This document shows, one piece after another, positions 1 through 10,359 of a stretch of 17,749 bases of DNA (position 1 is the stretch's first letter; the number at the start of each line of letters is the position of its first letter). Both the position numbers and the translations under genes were made by a program. Under the pieces are notes generated by a model. That model did not search any database and was not told where the DNA came from. It saw nothing but the letters and a program-made list of their open reading frames with translations. Source of the stretch: Hormiphora californensis (lineage: Eukaryota; Animalia; Ctenophora); assembly GCA_020137815.1 (NCBI GenBank), contig WFME01000027.1, forward strand, positions 1-17,749, read 5' to 3'.

Positions 1-371
1 GGCACGTGGGAGCCGCATGATTAATAATAAAGAGCTTGTGTGAGGAGCCAGTATAGGGTGTAAGCTCCCATGAAACCGAGGACTTTAGTGAAGCCGAAAC
101 GACGAAATGACAAACCTCCACACCATCCCTTGTCTCCAGCTGATACGAGAGTTCTTGAAACACTGATCAGAGAAATACCAAAACAGGGGATATTTTGAGA
201 ATTGTAGAAAGGGACATTCAATTGAATTGTAGGATGAAATCAATGAAAGTCAGGGACTGTATTTACTAAAATTCGGTTGTACTCTTCGTTATAGAAGATC
301 AATAATCTCACTGTGATTTGTGGGGATTGTGTCCTCAGGAGAACTCGACAGGGCAATGAAATAATATATAG

Positions 372-457
372 TAGTCAAGCCTCGATATACCGTGCACTTC
401 GATTTATATTGTCCAAAAAACCCTTCTCGACCGAGTAGGTAAATCGGGTTCCAACTG
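372..457. mobile_element. possible short degenerate MITE remnant (pogo/Tigger-like TIR style)
   Basis: Imperfect inverted termini: TAGTCAAGCCTCGATATACC (372-391) versus reverse complement of 438-457, CAGTTGGAACCCGATTTACC. No clean TSD. Confidence 0.3.
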
Positions 458-2746
458 TGTAATTAATTAACTATTAATTATTCTGACAGCTATGATGAAT
501 ATGATATTTTCTTTCATAAAACTTCCAATGAAACTTGTTTACTTTGACCAAAATGTGGGAGATGTGGTTTCTGCAGTAAGTTAATACTCTCATCTTCAGC
601 CTAGCTTCTCATGTAGAAAACTCAATTGGGACAGACCAACGACCCTTGATTTAGTTTTATAGCTTCTTCTGAAGAGAGCTAAAGAGAGAAGAGTCCTGCA
701 GCCATCACCTCATGTTTTTAGTTTTTACTTCCTACTATGACTCCTAGCTCCTAGTATAACTCTTCCTAGCTCCAGTGCTGCGTGTTAAGAAGATCTTGCC
801 TTTTACTAGCTGATATTCGGCATGTTTATAAATTGCAGTAGTCTTTCATCCCTGTGTAAAGGGCTACACCAGGTTAAGATTTGTTACATGTTCTACATGT
901 TCACACTTGATTGTATCCATCCTCAAGACTCTGATAAACAAAACAGATGAATCCAACGACTCCTGCTGTATTTACTGTACGTGTACATATTAGCATTTAG
1001 CAAATAAAAGAACGATCATGAAACTGTTTTGCACGTGTACCTCTTATAAAATCTTATGAACACTAAAATTGTTTTTATATCATCCCAATCTTTAAATATA
1101 GTTTGGTGTATGTGACCCTGTGTGATGTTTGTTTTCCCACTCTGATCTGTGTAATAACTCTCTTGTTATTGCAGCAGAGACTTCACCCCTTGTTTATCTT
1201 ACACAGTGGGTTTTCTTTCACTCTGTTACCGGCAGCTTGTACTGTCGAATTGCTGTGTGCCTGATATTTTCTTTTAGAATGATTAGTAGTGATTCATTGA
1301 TTACTCTTATAATACTGAACTGTATATATTATAAAGATGGCATAATATATTTCATTCAATATTTTAAAGATAGCAGGGTATATTTAATATTTGTTTCATT
1401 CATTTTCCATCCCCACATCAAGCAACATCACTTTTTTATTTCAACGAATAGTAACACTAACACATTGAACTGATTATCTGCACGTTCAAACCCAGCAATA
1501 TTACGTTCAAATTTGAACAAAGATTCGATGTGGTCCCGTTCAACACCACATTAAACTAAAACATCCCCTCTCCCTCCCCTCTCTGTTTTGTCTGACCATG
1601 CAATGATCATCACAGTAATCAGATATTGCGCTGAACTTGGGTTCTCAGGATCAATGTTTGGTTAGTGAAATAGTGCACTTGTATATTTTGTATCTGTCAG
1701 CACAATGAATGATAGGTGTATTATATCGCTACAGCTGACTATTTTGGTAACAAAATTTCCAATGAATTCCATGATTTCTGGGGATTTTCCCCATCGGGAA
1801 TCACTCGGAACTAAAAACTGAGGTTCAGTTATTTTCCCTAACCCTGCAGATCATGGCGCTACTCAATTTGAAACTTGTTTCCCTAGATAAACAAACATCA
1901 ATTACCACCCACATTCTGCAGTACTCCCCCCCCCCCCCTCCCCTCGTCATGTCATTGTTTGTTCAGTGATATACCATCATGGTCTAACAATGATCATTTC
2001 GACGTCGGCATGTAGATTTAGTTATTTTTAAATCACCTACCAACCATTAATTAATGTGTACTTCCACCCTTCACAAACCATCAATGACAAACAATTTGTT
2101 CGTCAGTCCATGTTTGCTACGCAAGGGCCGCGGTAAACAAAGATCTTTCTGACAATGACTTCTTCGTGTTTTGTTTACTTTACTTTGACCTACTTTAATA
2201 CACACACCAAGTGTGTATCATGTACCTATCTTTTCAACACGCAAAGCCTCATTAGGCCATCATGTGGCATGTACAATTATACACATGTGCATGAGAATAA
2301 TTTTCTAAAATTCTGCCTGTTTCTATAATTTGCGTCGAATGAACGCACTTCCTGGTGCTCTTATAATATCTTCTGATTTGTGTAATATTGTACATCTTTT
2401 ATTTCTCTCCTTCTGATTTCACCCGCATTCATTTGTCTCTCGCATAAACTGAACATATAATTTGCTATTTGTGACCATATAAATCATATATAATGCTGTC
2501 ATAAAACTGATAAGACTTTTGAACTTTTGTAGTGCCTCACATAGCTGATAAAAGTGACCGTTTGAGTGTTTGACCTTGTGTTTTCTTGAAAATTGTTTTC
2601 TATCTGACATCTGTGGTACTATAGTACTTGAACCTTTTCCATTAGTCTACCTCGATGATAGTAGCCCCTTCAAATTACATCTTATTTTCTTTACAGACGT
2701 TCAGACTCATGACCACACGCTCCGACACACACATACATTGTCCTTC

Positions 2747-2908
2747 AGCCCCTCTTAGCTATTCAATTTCCCTCTCTATACAGCCCCGACCCTCTCCTAA
2801 CTATTTCATTTCCCTCTCTATAAAGCCCCGGCCCTCTCCTAACTATTTCATTTCCCTCTCTATAAAGCCCCGGCCCTCTCCTAACTATTTCATTTCCCTC
2901 TCTGTACA
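2747..2908. repeat. 42-bp tandem repeat, about 3.7 copies
   Basis: Unit CCCTCTCCTAACTATTTCATTTCCCTCTCTATAAAGCCCCGG starts at 2790, 2832 and 2874, with a degenerate copy before. Confidence 0.93.
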
Positions 2909-2960
2909 ACTCTGTAACTCAATATCATCTCTCCATATAGCAGCTCACGCACATTACACA

Positions 2961-2962
<2 letters not shown>

Positions 2963-3044
<82 letters not shown>

Positions 3045-3070
3045 AGAGAGAGAGAGAGAGAAAGAGAGAG
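2963..3070. repeat. (AG)n microsatellite
   Basis: About 108 bp of near-perfect AG repeat, followed by a short (AC)n. Confidence 0.99.
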
Positions 3071-3506
3071 ACACACACGCACACTCTGGATCATATAATT
3101 GTCTACCTAGCTCTTAACTTCCCTCTCTATAATCTTGTGTGTGTTTGTCTTTTTGTTTCACAAAATATTGTTCGAGGCCACCATCACCTGTAAAACCTAC
3201 AAACCGCAAATTCCTGATTTCCAGATCACACTGAACGGCCCAATATATCATTCTGGAATTCATCCTGTACCTATTATAATATTCTTCTTCTGAGTGTGTC
3301 GGGTTTGGGATACCCTCCACCTATAACTCCACAAAATTCTACATAACTCCTATACTGCTCCCATAACCCAACTCTGGAGTACCTTCAGAAGGTACTACCT
3401 TCTTACAACCTAACTCTACATAACTCCTACTACTAACCTAACTCTGGAGTACCTCCTTACCACCGATTGTATAGCGTTATTGGCGTGCTGCACGGGTCGA
3501 GGGAAG

Positions 3507-3587
3507 ATGATGTCGATACTGGATAAACTCCAGGGGAATATCTCTAATCGGGAACTCTCCAAATTCAGGGACCAGAATTATGATGAT
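3507..3587 (+). CDS. calpain exon 1 ([27 protein letters not shown])
   Basis: ATG at 3507, donor GTGAGT at 3588 (phase 0), DQNY motif. A possible acceptor at AG 3473-3474 leaves the frame open upstream (LLACCTGRGK). Confidence 0.8.
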
Positions 3588-6500
3588 GTGAGTTACAAGC
3601 TTTATACTTTTTCAAAACTTTACATCATCTCAAGTTTATACTTTTAATCTATGTTGTCGATAAATTAAAACCCTGTTTAGTTCTTTCATTAGCGTATCTT
3701 CTTCTTCTAACTCTAAAATGTATCAAACATCTCGACAGATAAAGAAGGAGTGTTTAGATTCTGGTGAGTACTGGACGGATCCTCTCTTTGGACCTGAAGA
3801 CACTTCACTTTGGGAGGGCGAGGCGAAGAAGGAAGTGGAGTGGATGAGAATCAAGGTAACCATTGGTTACCAAAACCAGACTCTAACATATTTCAAAAGA
3901 TGCCCGTCAAATTCTGCAGTACACGGCTCATCTTTTCACACGGCAGCACACCACATGGGTTTTTGTGTTTCCCTCAACTCTCTCCAATCCATAGCCTCAT
4001 CTAAGCCTGCCCTTTTACTATCTCTCCTAACTGAGCCTGCATCCAATCGAATGTAGTTAATAAAGGAGCAGTTCTTTGAACTTCTCCTAAATGGTCCGTC
4101 AGTCCTCCTCCTAACCTCTAAAACACCCTCTTTATATCTTCTCCAACCCTCCATGACCTCTCAACCCACCCCTCCATCAGCAATGAATCTATTCTCTCCA
4201 ACCCCCTCTCCAGGATATCCATGAGGTTGAAACTCTCCAGTACCCTACTACCCCCTCCAACCCACCCCAACCCACCTCTCCAACCCACCCCTCCAACCTC
4301 TCCAACCCTCAACCCCCCCCCCCTCTCCAGGATATCCATGAAGGTGCAACCCTCAACCCACCCCTCCACCCTCCAACCCACCCCTCCAACCTCTCCAACC
4401 CTCATCCCCCCCCCTCTCCAGGATATCCATGAAGGTGCAACCCTCTACGTGAATGGAGGCTGCGAGGATGATGTGAGACAGGGTGCCATGGGTAATTGTT
4501 GGTTCGTAGCGGCTGTAGCCTGCTTCGGAATCCACAAGAAACTACTTGATCATGTAATACTTTAATTAACTGCTTTATTAACTAGGGTAGACCGGGGTAA
4601 TTTGGACGGTTTTGGCATTCAATTGGTATTTCAAGAGCCATTAATTTACTTAATCAATTAGTTAGCTACTCAATTTGTGCAACTGAACCTTTATCTTGAG
4701 CCTCAGAACAAATTTGAATCGAAAACATAACTTTTAGATAGCTAATTAACCTTGTTAATGGAGGTAAGTCGGAATATTTTTGATCGCGAGACACGGGGCA
4801 ATTTGGACTAGTGGCTTCTACACCAACCACAATGCGCGCATTCAATCACGTGACCGCGACACACCACATTGCCCCAGCTGTAAATCTGCGATGTAAATCA
4901 GACCGAGGTTGGGGCTATTTGGACAAACTTGGATTGTAGCCACAGTTTTTGAGATATCGATTTCAAACTTTTCAGTCATCTAGTAATTTAGTATCCCGTG
5001 CTATTCCTTTTTTCAAAATTAGTTAATTAAGTAGTAATTAGCCTAATTAACCAAAAAATTAAGTGTTCATCAGATCTATATCTATAGGGTGCATTTTCGA
5101 AAGCTCAGGATTAGCCTAGTCGATTAGAAAAAGATTTAATCTAATCCCAAATAGGGTTTTTGAGAAAATCGACACCAAAGATCAAAAAACCACAAATAAA
5201 GCTACGGTTTTCAAAGGAATGCTGTTTGTGTTTTCAGGTGCTTACAAGGCCAGAAATTACTATTATGGGGATCCAGTCTAATCAATCATGTTAGTGGCCG
5301 ATTTCCACTCAATGCAATTCCCTGGGGTTACTATAGCAACGGAGTTTGTTACCATAGCAACCGGCGAATTTGCATTAATGTACTATTTTCTTGCTCCAAA
5401 TTCACCCATTACATCCGTATTATTAGACTATCGATTATTTAAACATGATTGTGAGTCACAATGAGACATCAGACTATCTTCAGTTACTAGCCAGTCAGTG
5501 GCTTTGGTTATCAAATGTATGCCTATTGCTCTAAGTTAGCCTGTAATTTATCCCTTTATTCAGTTATATCAGCTGCATATAATGGATAATTATCATGATA
5601 AAACACTACTTTTGGTCTTCAAAGCACCAGTCCTAGATATTCTGGAGCATGAAGTTGGTTTGTCGAATGCCACACCATGGATTGACTTGTTACCTTGGCA
5701 TCCAGAGAATTGATTGTAAAATGCGCCTTTTTTCTATTTTTTTGGTCTATTTACTCAGTTTTAGCCATCTATATTGATTGAATAGGATAATTTAGGGTCA
5801 CCACACACCAAAGTTAAAATTAAAATTAAAATTTGACGTTTTTGGTCATAACTCTCCCATTTCTTGGCAAAATTGCTTCATTTTGGGCTTGTTGGAAAGA
5901 GGGCATCAAGCCCGTTCTGAACAGCTCAAGAAACTTGAAATCCGCGCAAAGTGCGCGGCGTTACAGTGCAAAATGTGTGCGTTAAAATTTTAAAATTTTA
6001 ACACGCGCATTATGCGTCTTAACGCCGATCACTTTGCGCCGATTTTAAGTTTCTTGAGCTCTTTAGAACGGGCTCGATGCCCTCTTTCCAAAAAGCACAA
6101 AATGAAGCAATTTTGCTAAGAAATGGGAGAGTTATGACCAAAAACGTCAAATTTTAATTTTAATTTTAACTTTGGTGTGTGGTGACCCTATGAAAGCAGG
6201 TTGTCTATGGTTACCATAGAAACGAGTATAATGGCGCCATGAGGCCAATTTGTTTTAACCAATTTGCCCCATGGGGCAATTTGGTCTAGTCCAAATTGCC
6301 CCATGGGGCAATCTGGATTATGACCGAATTGCCCCCGATTTTTTCGTCCGAATTGCCCCAAATTGTCCGAATTGCCCCGCTTCATTAAAATGCCAATTAG
6401 CTAATTAAATCGAAAGCTAATGTCATTTTGATGATGAAACTGAATAGAAAAGTATCATATTGTGAAATTCTGACCCTTAATTTAAATAATTATCATAATT

Positions 6501-9500
6501 AAGTTTACCGAAACAAAGTTTAACTTTAAAGTCGTCATTTTTCGTTATTTCACACTAAACACCACAATTTAAAAGTCCCATATAAATCACTTGGTGACAT
6601 AGACACCGTGCGCGACCAAGATTGAGCTCACACACAGGTGTCTGCTCCGCCTCAAAAAGGGTCGTTTCTTTCAAGGGATGTTGCACGCGATCCACTGGAC
6701 CGATTTGCATCCGGTTTGTCGCAAAAGACTACAAATGATCCTAATATACTGGAAAATACCCGAGAAGTTTGTCTGTCAACAGGAAGTGGGTCGAAATTGA
6801 CACTGAAGTCAAACCTATAATCTGGCTTCCGAGAGTTTCTGCACTACGCCCATGCGATTTAGAAGATATTGGGAGATATGTTGATGCAATTAGCATCAGC
6901 TATTAATGCCGGGTATTTTCCAGTACTCACAAGAGTTCAACCTATCTTCTGATACCCTCAGATTCATTCTAAACCGTCTGGGAGTGGTGCAAAAAGGCTC
7001 GGAAGCCAGATTATAGATTTGACTTCAGTGTCAATTTTGACCCACTTCCTGTTGACAGACAAACTTCTCGGGTATTTTCCAGTAAAATAGGACCAATTTG
7101 TAGTCTTTTGCGACAAACCGGATGCAAATCGGTCCAGTGGATCACGTGCAATTTGGCTTGAAAGACACGACCCTTTTTTAGGGGGCGGAGCGGACACCTA
7201 TGTGCGAGCTCGATCTCGGTCGCCGCGCGACCTCGATCTCGCACGCACTAGGTGTCAATGTCACCAAATAAATCACTAGTCCACATTGCCCCGTCCTGTG
7301 ACCACATTGCCCCACCGTCCAAATTACCCCGGTCTACCCTACTTTTTAAAAGAATGGGTGATCCGGCACTTATAAGCTTTCTCACCCGGAGAGAATTGGC
7401 TGTGTGACTGTTGACAGTCCCAGCTGAGCAACACAAACCAAACCAACTCAAGCGCAAGCTCACTTATTCCTTTCTTTTAAACTTTGTAAAATTGAAATAT
7501 CTCATGTGTTTTACTCGTTATAATATCTCTCCCAGGTGATTCCAGAACCTAAGAAGCAGGATCCACAAGAGAATGAAGATTATTGTGGAATGTTCCTGTT
7601 CCGGTTTTACAGGTTCGGAGAGTGGGTCGAGGTAAGAACTGTGGGTTGGGTGCAGTGGTGAGGACGGTTGGGGTGGTGGGGGCGGGTGGAGTGGTGGGCG
7701 GGTAGGGCGGTGGGGGTTGATGGGGTGGTGGGGGTTAAGGTGTCGGTTGGGCAGGTGTGGACGGGTGAGGTTGAGCGGGGCGGGGTGGGGTGGACGGGTG
7801 GTGTGGGCGGGTGGGTTAGGCACTTCAAATCAGGCATCACAAACTCAGCCTAATATCTCTCACACACATCAAAGAATTTGCTAGTTTTTAAAACGGTGCT
7901 AAAAGTTCACAATATCACTTGCCATTAATTTCATTCAACATTTCATATTTCTAGGTTGTTATTGATGACTGGCTGCCTACACGACATGGTAAACTAGTGT
8001 TCATGCATAGTACAGAGAAGAACGAGTTCTGGTGTGCCCTACTGGAGAAGGCCTACGCAAAGTAAGTTATCTACTTTATATCTTGTTATCTAGTAAGTTA
8101 TCTAGTAAGTTATCTACTTTATTAGATCTACTACTACTTTAGAATTCTAGAACAGAAATTGTAAAGGGTTATGGGGCATGAAATCACAACGTTTTGGAGC
8201 ATGTAAGGAATCATAAATTCTCAATTAATAGCTTATAAACAACGTGTAGTAAACTAAAACAGAAAAAGCAGCATAAGCGGTCAACGTTTAGCAAGAAAAT
8301 AGTATAGATACATTTTGTATGGGCAATATACATTTACATATTATGCATGATTGCATGAATGTACTTGTATGTTATACAAATACATTCATGCATTGTTCAA
8401 TGCTGGAAGCAACTTCCACCAAGTCAATAGAAAGAGAGAAAAGAAACTAAAATAAGAACAAGCAATCGAAATTGTAGCAATATTACTGTAAAAACACAGA
8501 AGAAGGCAATTAGTGATAGTAAAACTAAATAGTACTGCTGCAATGGCAATTACAGGAGCTATTGATAATTATGTCTCGCAGATTGGATTTTAATTAGGAT
8601 TCATTGATTTCAAGAATTGTTTCCTAATATATATACTTCCTAATTGTTTCCTAATTGTACTTCCTAATTATATGTAATTCCTAATTATACTTCCTAATTG
8701 TTTCCTAATTAGGTAATTTAAAGACTCCTCTGATTATACTTCCTAATTAGGTTGGCGGGTAGTTACGAGGCACTTGATGCTGGACGACCCGCGGATGCCC
8801 TTACCGATCTTACTGGTGAGTCTCAGGATATGTTGAGTCTACATTAGAAAGATCTCCCATTCAAAGTTTTTGGATGGTACAATAAGGATTCATTGAATTT
8901 GAATCCGATTCAAATTTCTAAATCACAACTTTAATTCATTGGTACTGATCAATTTAAATCTAAATTTTGTTCAGGCGGAGTCAGTCAGTTTACTGACTTT
9001 ACAAAGGCCAACATCCGAGAGGACGAGGTTGCTAGAGAGAAACTGTTTCAGTAAGTACATGCTAGAGAGAAACTGTTCCAGTAAGTATACATGATTTGAG
9101 ATGTTGCACAACTCTTCAAACATATATAGGTTCTCACCTTTTTAGCACTCATGAAATTCGTATGAATGGTCGGCGGACCATACACGACCGTACAAGGTAT
9201 AACCGGGTATGTTTCTATCAAAAGTTGTGACTCTAAAAACATCCCCCCCCCCACTTCAGAGATCTGTTAAAGGCGTTATCCCGGGACTCCCTGGTGAACT
9301 GCAGTATGGTAGTTGATGAGCATGAGAACATGGAATCCATGAGAGAAAGTGGTCTGATCGTGGGACATGCCTACACTCTTATCAAGTGTTATGAGTTGTC
9401 TCTGGGCTTCCTGGGGTTGCAGGGGAGACACAGACTGGTTAAACTGAGGAACCCATGGGGTGGGACTGAGTGGAAGGGAGCTTGGAGTGATGATGATCCC

Positions 9501-9533
9501 AGGTGGGCTGAGATATCCGAATCGAAGAAGAAG
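3507..9533 (+). CDS. CAPN5: calpain-5/TRA-3-like cysteine protease, 3'-incomplete; join(3507-3587,3739-3855,4422-4553,7536-7631,7955-8061,8751-8815,8975-9050,9260-9533)
   Basis: Eight GT-AG exons splice into an open 948-nt frame (316 aa). Calpain motifs: DQNY..., [16 protein letters not shown] (Cys 4497-4499), [44 protein letters not shown] (His 9366-9368), [16 protein letters not shown] (Asn 9450-9452). [14 protein letters not shown] and KLAG resemble CAPN5 as recalled. Calpain identity is near certain; CAPN5 orthology is inferred. The start ATG is uncertain. Confidence 0.9.
3739..3855 (+). CDS. calpain exon 2 ([17 protein letters not shown]...EWMRIK)
   Basis: CAG acceptor at 3736-3738, donor GTAACC at 3856, phase 0/0. 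Confidence 0.92.
4140..4445. repeat. C-rich degenerate tandem repeat containing three copies of the exon 3 acceptor
   Basis: CCCTCTCCAG|GATATCCATGA has exon-side starts at 4214, 4331 and 4422, within CCAACCCACCCCT-type repeats. Confidence 0.9.
4422..4553 (+). CDS. calpain exon 3, catalytic Cys (DIHEG...[12 protein letters not shown]...LLDH)
   Basis: Acceptor AG 4420-4421, donor GTAATA at 4554, phase 0/0. Confidence 0.95.
5795..6188. mobile_element. spacerless palindromic MITE-like foldback nested in the transposon
   Basis: 5793-6190 is a 398-bp palindrome centred at 5991/5992. The outer ~73 bp are perfect and the rest is about 90% by eye. Ends are TA-GGGT...ACCC-TA. Confidence 0.85.
6259..6378. 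repeat. cluster of TIR-related GGGGCAAWTNGG motifs (putative transposase-binding repeats)
   Basis: TTGCCCCATGGGGCAA palindromes at 6264-6279 and 6296-6311, and three CCGAATTGCCCC copies. Related motifs near 4795, 4863, 4911, 7281 and 7302. Confidence 0.75.
6591..7267. mobile_element. long-TIR foldback element with 9-bp TSD (Mutator/MULE- or FB-like), nested
   Basis: Inverted arms at ~6591-6864 and ~6967-7267 (TTGGTGACAT...ATGTCACCAA), flanked by the direct repeat ATAAATCAC (6582-6590, 7268-7276). Mirror-image peptides in the ORF track agree. Confidence 0.88.
7536..7631 (+). CDS. calpain exon 4 (VIPEPKKQ...[15 protein letters not shown])
   Basis: CAG acceptor at 7533-7535, donor GTAAGA at 7632, phase 0/0. 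Confidence 0.95.
7641..7820 (+). repeat. G-rich low-complexity intronic tract (G-quadruplex potential)
   Basis: More than 15 runs of at least three G just downstream of the exon 4 donor. Confidence 0.85.
7955..8061 (+). CDS. calpain exon 5 (VVIDDWLPT...[14 protein letters not shown])
   Basis: TAG acceptor at 7952-7954, donor GTAAGT at 8062, phase 0/2. Confidence 0.96.
8615..8750. repeat. short TTCCTAATT-based tandem repeat ending at the exon 6 acceptor
   Basis: About eight copies of TTCCTAAT(T); two end in AG (8711-8712 and 8749-8750). Confidence 0.85.
8751..8815 (+). CDS. calpain exon 6 ([22 protein letters not shown])
   Basis: AG at 8749-8750, donor GTGAGT at 8816, phase 2/1. Confidence 0.95.
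8975..9050 (+). CDS. calpain exon 7 ([24 protein letters not shown])
   Basis: CAG at 8972-8974, donor GTAAGT at 9051, phase 1/2. Confidence 0.92.
9260..9533 (+). CDS. calpain exon 8, catalytic His and Asn (DLLKAL...GHAY...LRNPWG...SESKKK)
   Basis: CAG at 9257-9259, donor GTAAGT at 9534, phase 2/0. Confidence 0.96.
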
Positions 9534-9604
9534 GTAAGTGTGCTGATAATGAAAATGAGAATTCAACTATTCAACATTTCGTCATTTCTGTATTTTCCAC
9601 TATA

Positions 9605-9935
9605 GGGTAGACCGGGGTAATTTGGACGGTTTTAACATTCAATTGGTATTTCAAGAGCCATTAATTTACTTAATCAATTAGTTAGCTACTCAATTTGTGC
9701 AACTGAACCTTTATCTTGAGCCTCAGAACAAATTTGAATCGAAAAAATAACTTTTAGATAGCTAATTAACCTTGTTAATGAAGGTAAGTCGGAATATTTT
9801 TGATCGCGAGACACGGGGCAATTTGGACTAGTGGCTTCTACACCAATCACAATGCGCGCATTCAATCACGTGACCGCGACACACCACATTGCCCCAGCTG
9901 TAAATCTGCGATGTAAATCAGACCGAGGTTGGGGC
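9605..9935. mobile_element. DNA transposon copy 2, left end only, interrupted by an LTR element
   Basis: Matches 4585-4915 at an offset of 5020 with five substitutions seen. Preceded by TA. Identity stops at GGGGC|TGTCGG. Confidence 0.95.
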
Positions 9936-10190
9936 TGTCGGCGCTTTACATTTGCGTGGTTCTTGTGCTAAGTTCCGACAGGTTGTTAATCAAGACGGAT
10001 TGGTTACCAACTAAAACGCGGTCTTTACAAGGCATAAACAAATAGTGCATTTTACAAAGTCAAGTTTTCAATAATTTCATCATGCATAGCATTACTAGTG
10101 TACTCCATCTCTGTTGCTCATTTTGATCTCTTAATTTATAACTTTATCGCGTTTATACACGTCACCTTGTATTACTATGAACACAGATAT

Positions 10191-10359
10191 TTGACTTCTG
10201 TTGACTGCTCTTGAGACCGATGTCTCTCACAATACCTTTAGCAGAAGTCAAATATATAGCTTCTAAGGTACTTGACTTCTGTTGACTGCTCTTGAGACCG
10301 ATGTCTCTCACAATACCTTTAGCAGAAGTCAAGCCCTAAGCTTTTATCTCTTTTTAGAG
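10191..10359. repeat. hairpin-repeat array A: two 61-bp units
   Basis: Unit TTGACTTCTGTTGACTGCTCTTGAGACCGATGTCTCTCACAATACCTTTAGCAGAAGTCAA at 10191 and 10272. Confidence 0.95.

Larger units (their letters stand above)
4585..7339. mobile_element. non-autonomous TIR DNA transposon with TA target duplication (Tc1/mariner/pogo-type inferred), copy 1, full length
   Basis: Perfect 26-bp TIRs GGGTAGACCGGGGTAATTTGGACGGT (4585-4610 / 7314-7339), flanked by TA on both sides. Many internal GGGGCAAWTTGG-type motifs. A second copy starts at 9605. No transposase ORF. Confidence 0.92.

Noticed and set aside
76-105. Hammerhead-like CCGAGGA...CGAAAC
   Set aside because: The core deviates from CUGANGA, and stems I and III could not be built.
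490-575. Candidate exon (AG at 488-489, GTAAGT at 576, one open frame)
   Set aside because: No recognisable protein similarity and no compatible partner exon; needs RNA-seq.
2655-3084. ORFs with (ER)n or (SL)n tracts, and the Pro/Gly-rich ORFs at 4118-4535 and 7518-7853
   Set aside because: They are translations of microsatellite or low-complexity intronic DNA.
6638-7244. Short ORFs repeated on opposite strands
   Set aside because: They are mirror translations of the foldback arms, with no transposase motifs.
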